This document shows, one piece after another, positions 62,840 to 64,000 of a stretch of 64,000 nt of DNA. Made by a program: the position numbers and the translations under genes. Each line of letters starts with the position of its first letter. The stretch's first letter is position 1. Under the pieces are notes generated by a model. The model did no database searches. It was given only the letters and a program-made list of their open reading frames with translations, and was not told the DNA's origin. The stretch covers positions 1,472,001 to 1,536,000 of the forward strand of contig JAXHLW010000013.1 of assembly GCA_034521815.1 (NCBI GenBank). The letters run 5' to 3'. The stretch is from Trueperaceae bacterium. Its GTDB lineage: Bacteria > Deinococcota > Deinococci > Deinococcales > Trueperaceae.

Positions 62840-64000
62840 ATGAGACATCCGTTCCGACTGTTGGCCTCGATGCTCGCCATGTTCGGCTTCGCCGCTGCGC
62901 AGGACGTCACCCTCGACGCTCTGTTCATGCAGCAGGCCGCCTACTCGAACGACGACATCCGCAACATGACCGCCGAGTTCGAGGCGGATCACCCCGGGGT
63001 CACCGTCGACCTCGAGTTCGTCTCCTACGAGGCGCTTCACAACAAGATCGTCACCGCGGCCGCCGCGGGGACAGGCGGCTACGACGTCGTGCTGTTCGAC
63101 GTGATCTGGCCGGCCGAGTTCGCCGAGTACGACATCCTCGTCGACCTGACCGACCGTATCCCGCAGGAAACGATCGACGCCGTCGTTCCCGGCGCGTGGA
63201 CGACCGTCATGAGCGAGGGTCGCTACTACGGCATGCCGTGGATCCTCGACACCAAATACCTGTTCTTCAACCGGGACATGATGGCCGAAGCCGGCTTCGA
63301 TGCCCCGCCGACCACCTGGCAGGAACTGCTCGATCAGGCCCAGGCCATCAAGGACATGGGCATCGTCGAGTACCCGATCGTCTGGAGCTGGGGCCAGGCC
63401 GAAGCCATGGTGTGCGACTACACCACGCTGCTCTCCGCCTACGGCGGCGACTTCTTCGAAGGGGCCGAGCCGGTATTCCAGCAAGACGGCGGGCTCGAGG
63501 CGTTGCGCTTCATGACCGACTCGCTCGACGCCGGCCTGAGCAACCCCTCCTCGACCGAGTCGCTCGAAGAGGACGTCCGGCGCATCTTCTCCTCCGGAGA
63601 GGCAGCCTTCGCCCTCAACTGGACGTACATGTACAACCTCGCCAACGACCCGGCCGAGTCGCAGGTGGCTGGCCAGGTCGGCGTCGCCCCCGCGCCCGGC
63701 GTCGAAGGTGTGTCGGAGTTGTCGGCCATGAACGGCTCGATGGGCCTCGGCGTGACGACGAGCTCCGAGCATCCGAACCTCGCCTACGAGTACGTCGCGT
63801 ACCTCACCAGCCGCCCCGTTCAGGAGCGCTTCGCTCGCCTGAGCCTGCCGATCTGGGAAGCGTCGTACGACGAGCCCGCCGTGGTCGAGGGCCAGGAGGA
63901 CCTGGTCGCCGCCGCCAAGCAGGCGCTCGGCGCCATGTACCCGCGTCCGCTGATGGTCCAGTACCCCGAGTTCTCGACCGTGTTGCAGGAGCAGCTCCAG
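62840..64000 (+). CDS. Sugar ABC transporter substrate-binding protein (runs off the window end)
   Basis: RBS gaggag; signal peptide AAA-Q; YDVVLFDVIWPAEFA, YYGMPWILDTKYLFFN, PPTTWQEL; open to 64000. Confidence 0.9.
   Translation, partial: MRHPFRLLASMLAMFGFAAAQDVTLDALFMQQAAYSNDDIRNMTAEFEADHPGVTVDLEFVSYEALHNKIVTAAAAGTGGYDVVLFDVIWPAEFAEYDILVDLTDRIPQETIDAVVPGAWTTVMSEGRYYGMPWILDTKYLFFNRDMMAEAGFDAPPTTWQELLDQAQAIKDMGIVEYPIVWSWGQAEAMVCDYTTLLSAYGGDFFEGAEPVFQQDGGLEALRFMTDSLDAGLSNPSSTESLEEDVRRIFSSGEAAFALNWTYMYNLANDPAESQVAGQVGVAPAPGVEGVSELSAMNGSMGLGVTTSSEHPNLAYEYVAYLTSRPVQERFARLSLPIWEASYDEPAVVEGQEDLVAAAKQALGAMYPRPLMVQYPEFSTVLQEQLQ

Overview
High-GC bacterial chromosome segment. Gene content and style suggest Deinococcota (Trueperaceae-like), but this is inference only. 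About 15 genes are broken by 1-2 nt indels, most likely long-read assembly errors. 1-16.6 kb is core-like: an Mrp/Mnh Na+/H+ antiporter operon with four MrpD-type subunits, a protein-disulfide oxidoreductase, rph-rdgB, a TPR protein, an Fe-S photolyase and two c-di-GMP enzymes, ending at tRNA-Lys(CTT) (16628-16703). An accessory region follows. The 3' half of that tRNA recurs three more times (20086, 25534, 26368), dividing the DNA into cassette-like segments. Two segments carry paralogous Ig + 7-bladed SBBP beta-propeller lipoprotein genes whose 168-bp blades have a constant framework and variable loops. Further on are an IS3 element, IS21/IS3/IS110 and possible integrase remnants, TetR-regulated modules with visible operators, three toxin-antitoxin loci, a 7.3-kb cargo bounded by a 44-bp direct repeat (two flavin disulfide reductases, TVP38, CDP-alcohol phosphotransferase, GH100 invertase), a class I aldolase, a TA pair bounded by a 135-bp duplication of an aldo-keto reductase 3' end, and the start of a ROK-regulated sugar ABC operon. 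No CRISPR array, reverse transcriptase or intact integrase was recognised.
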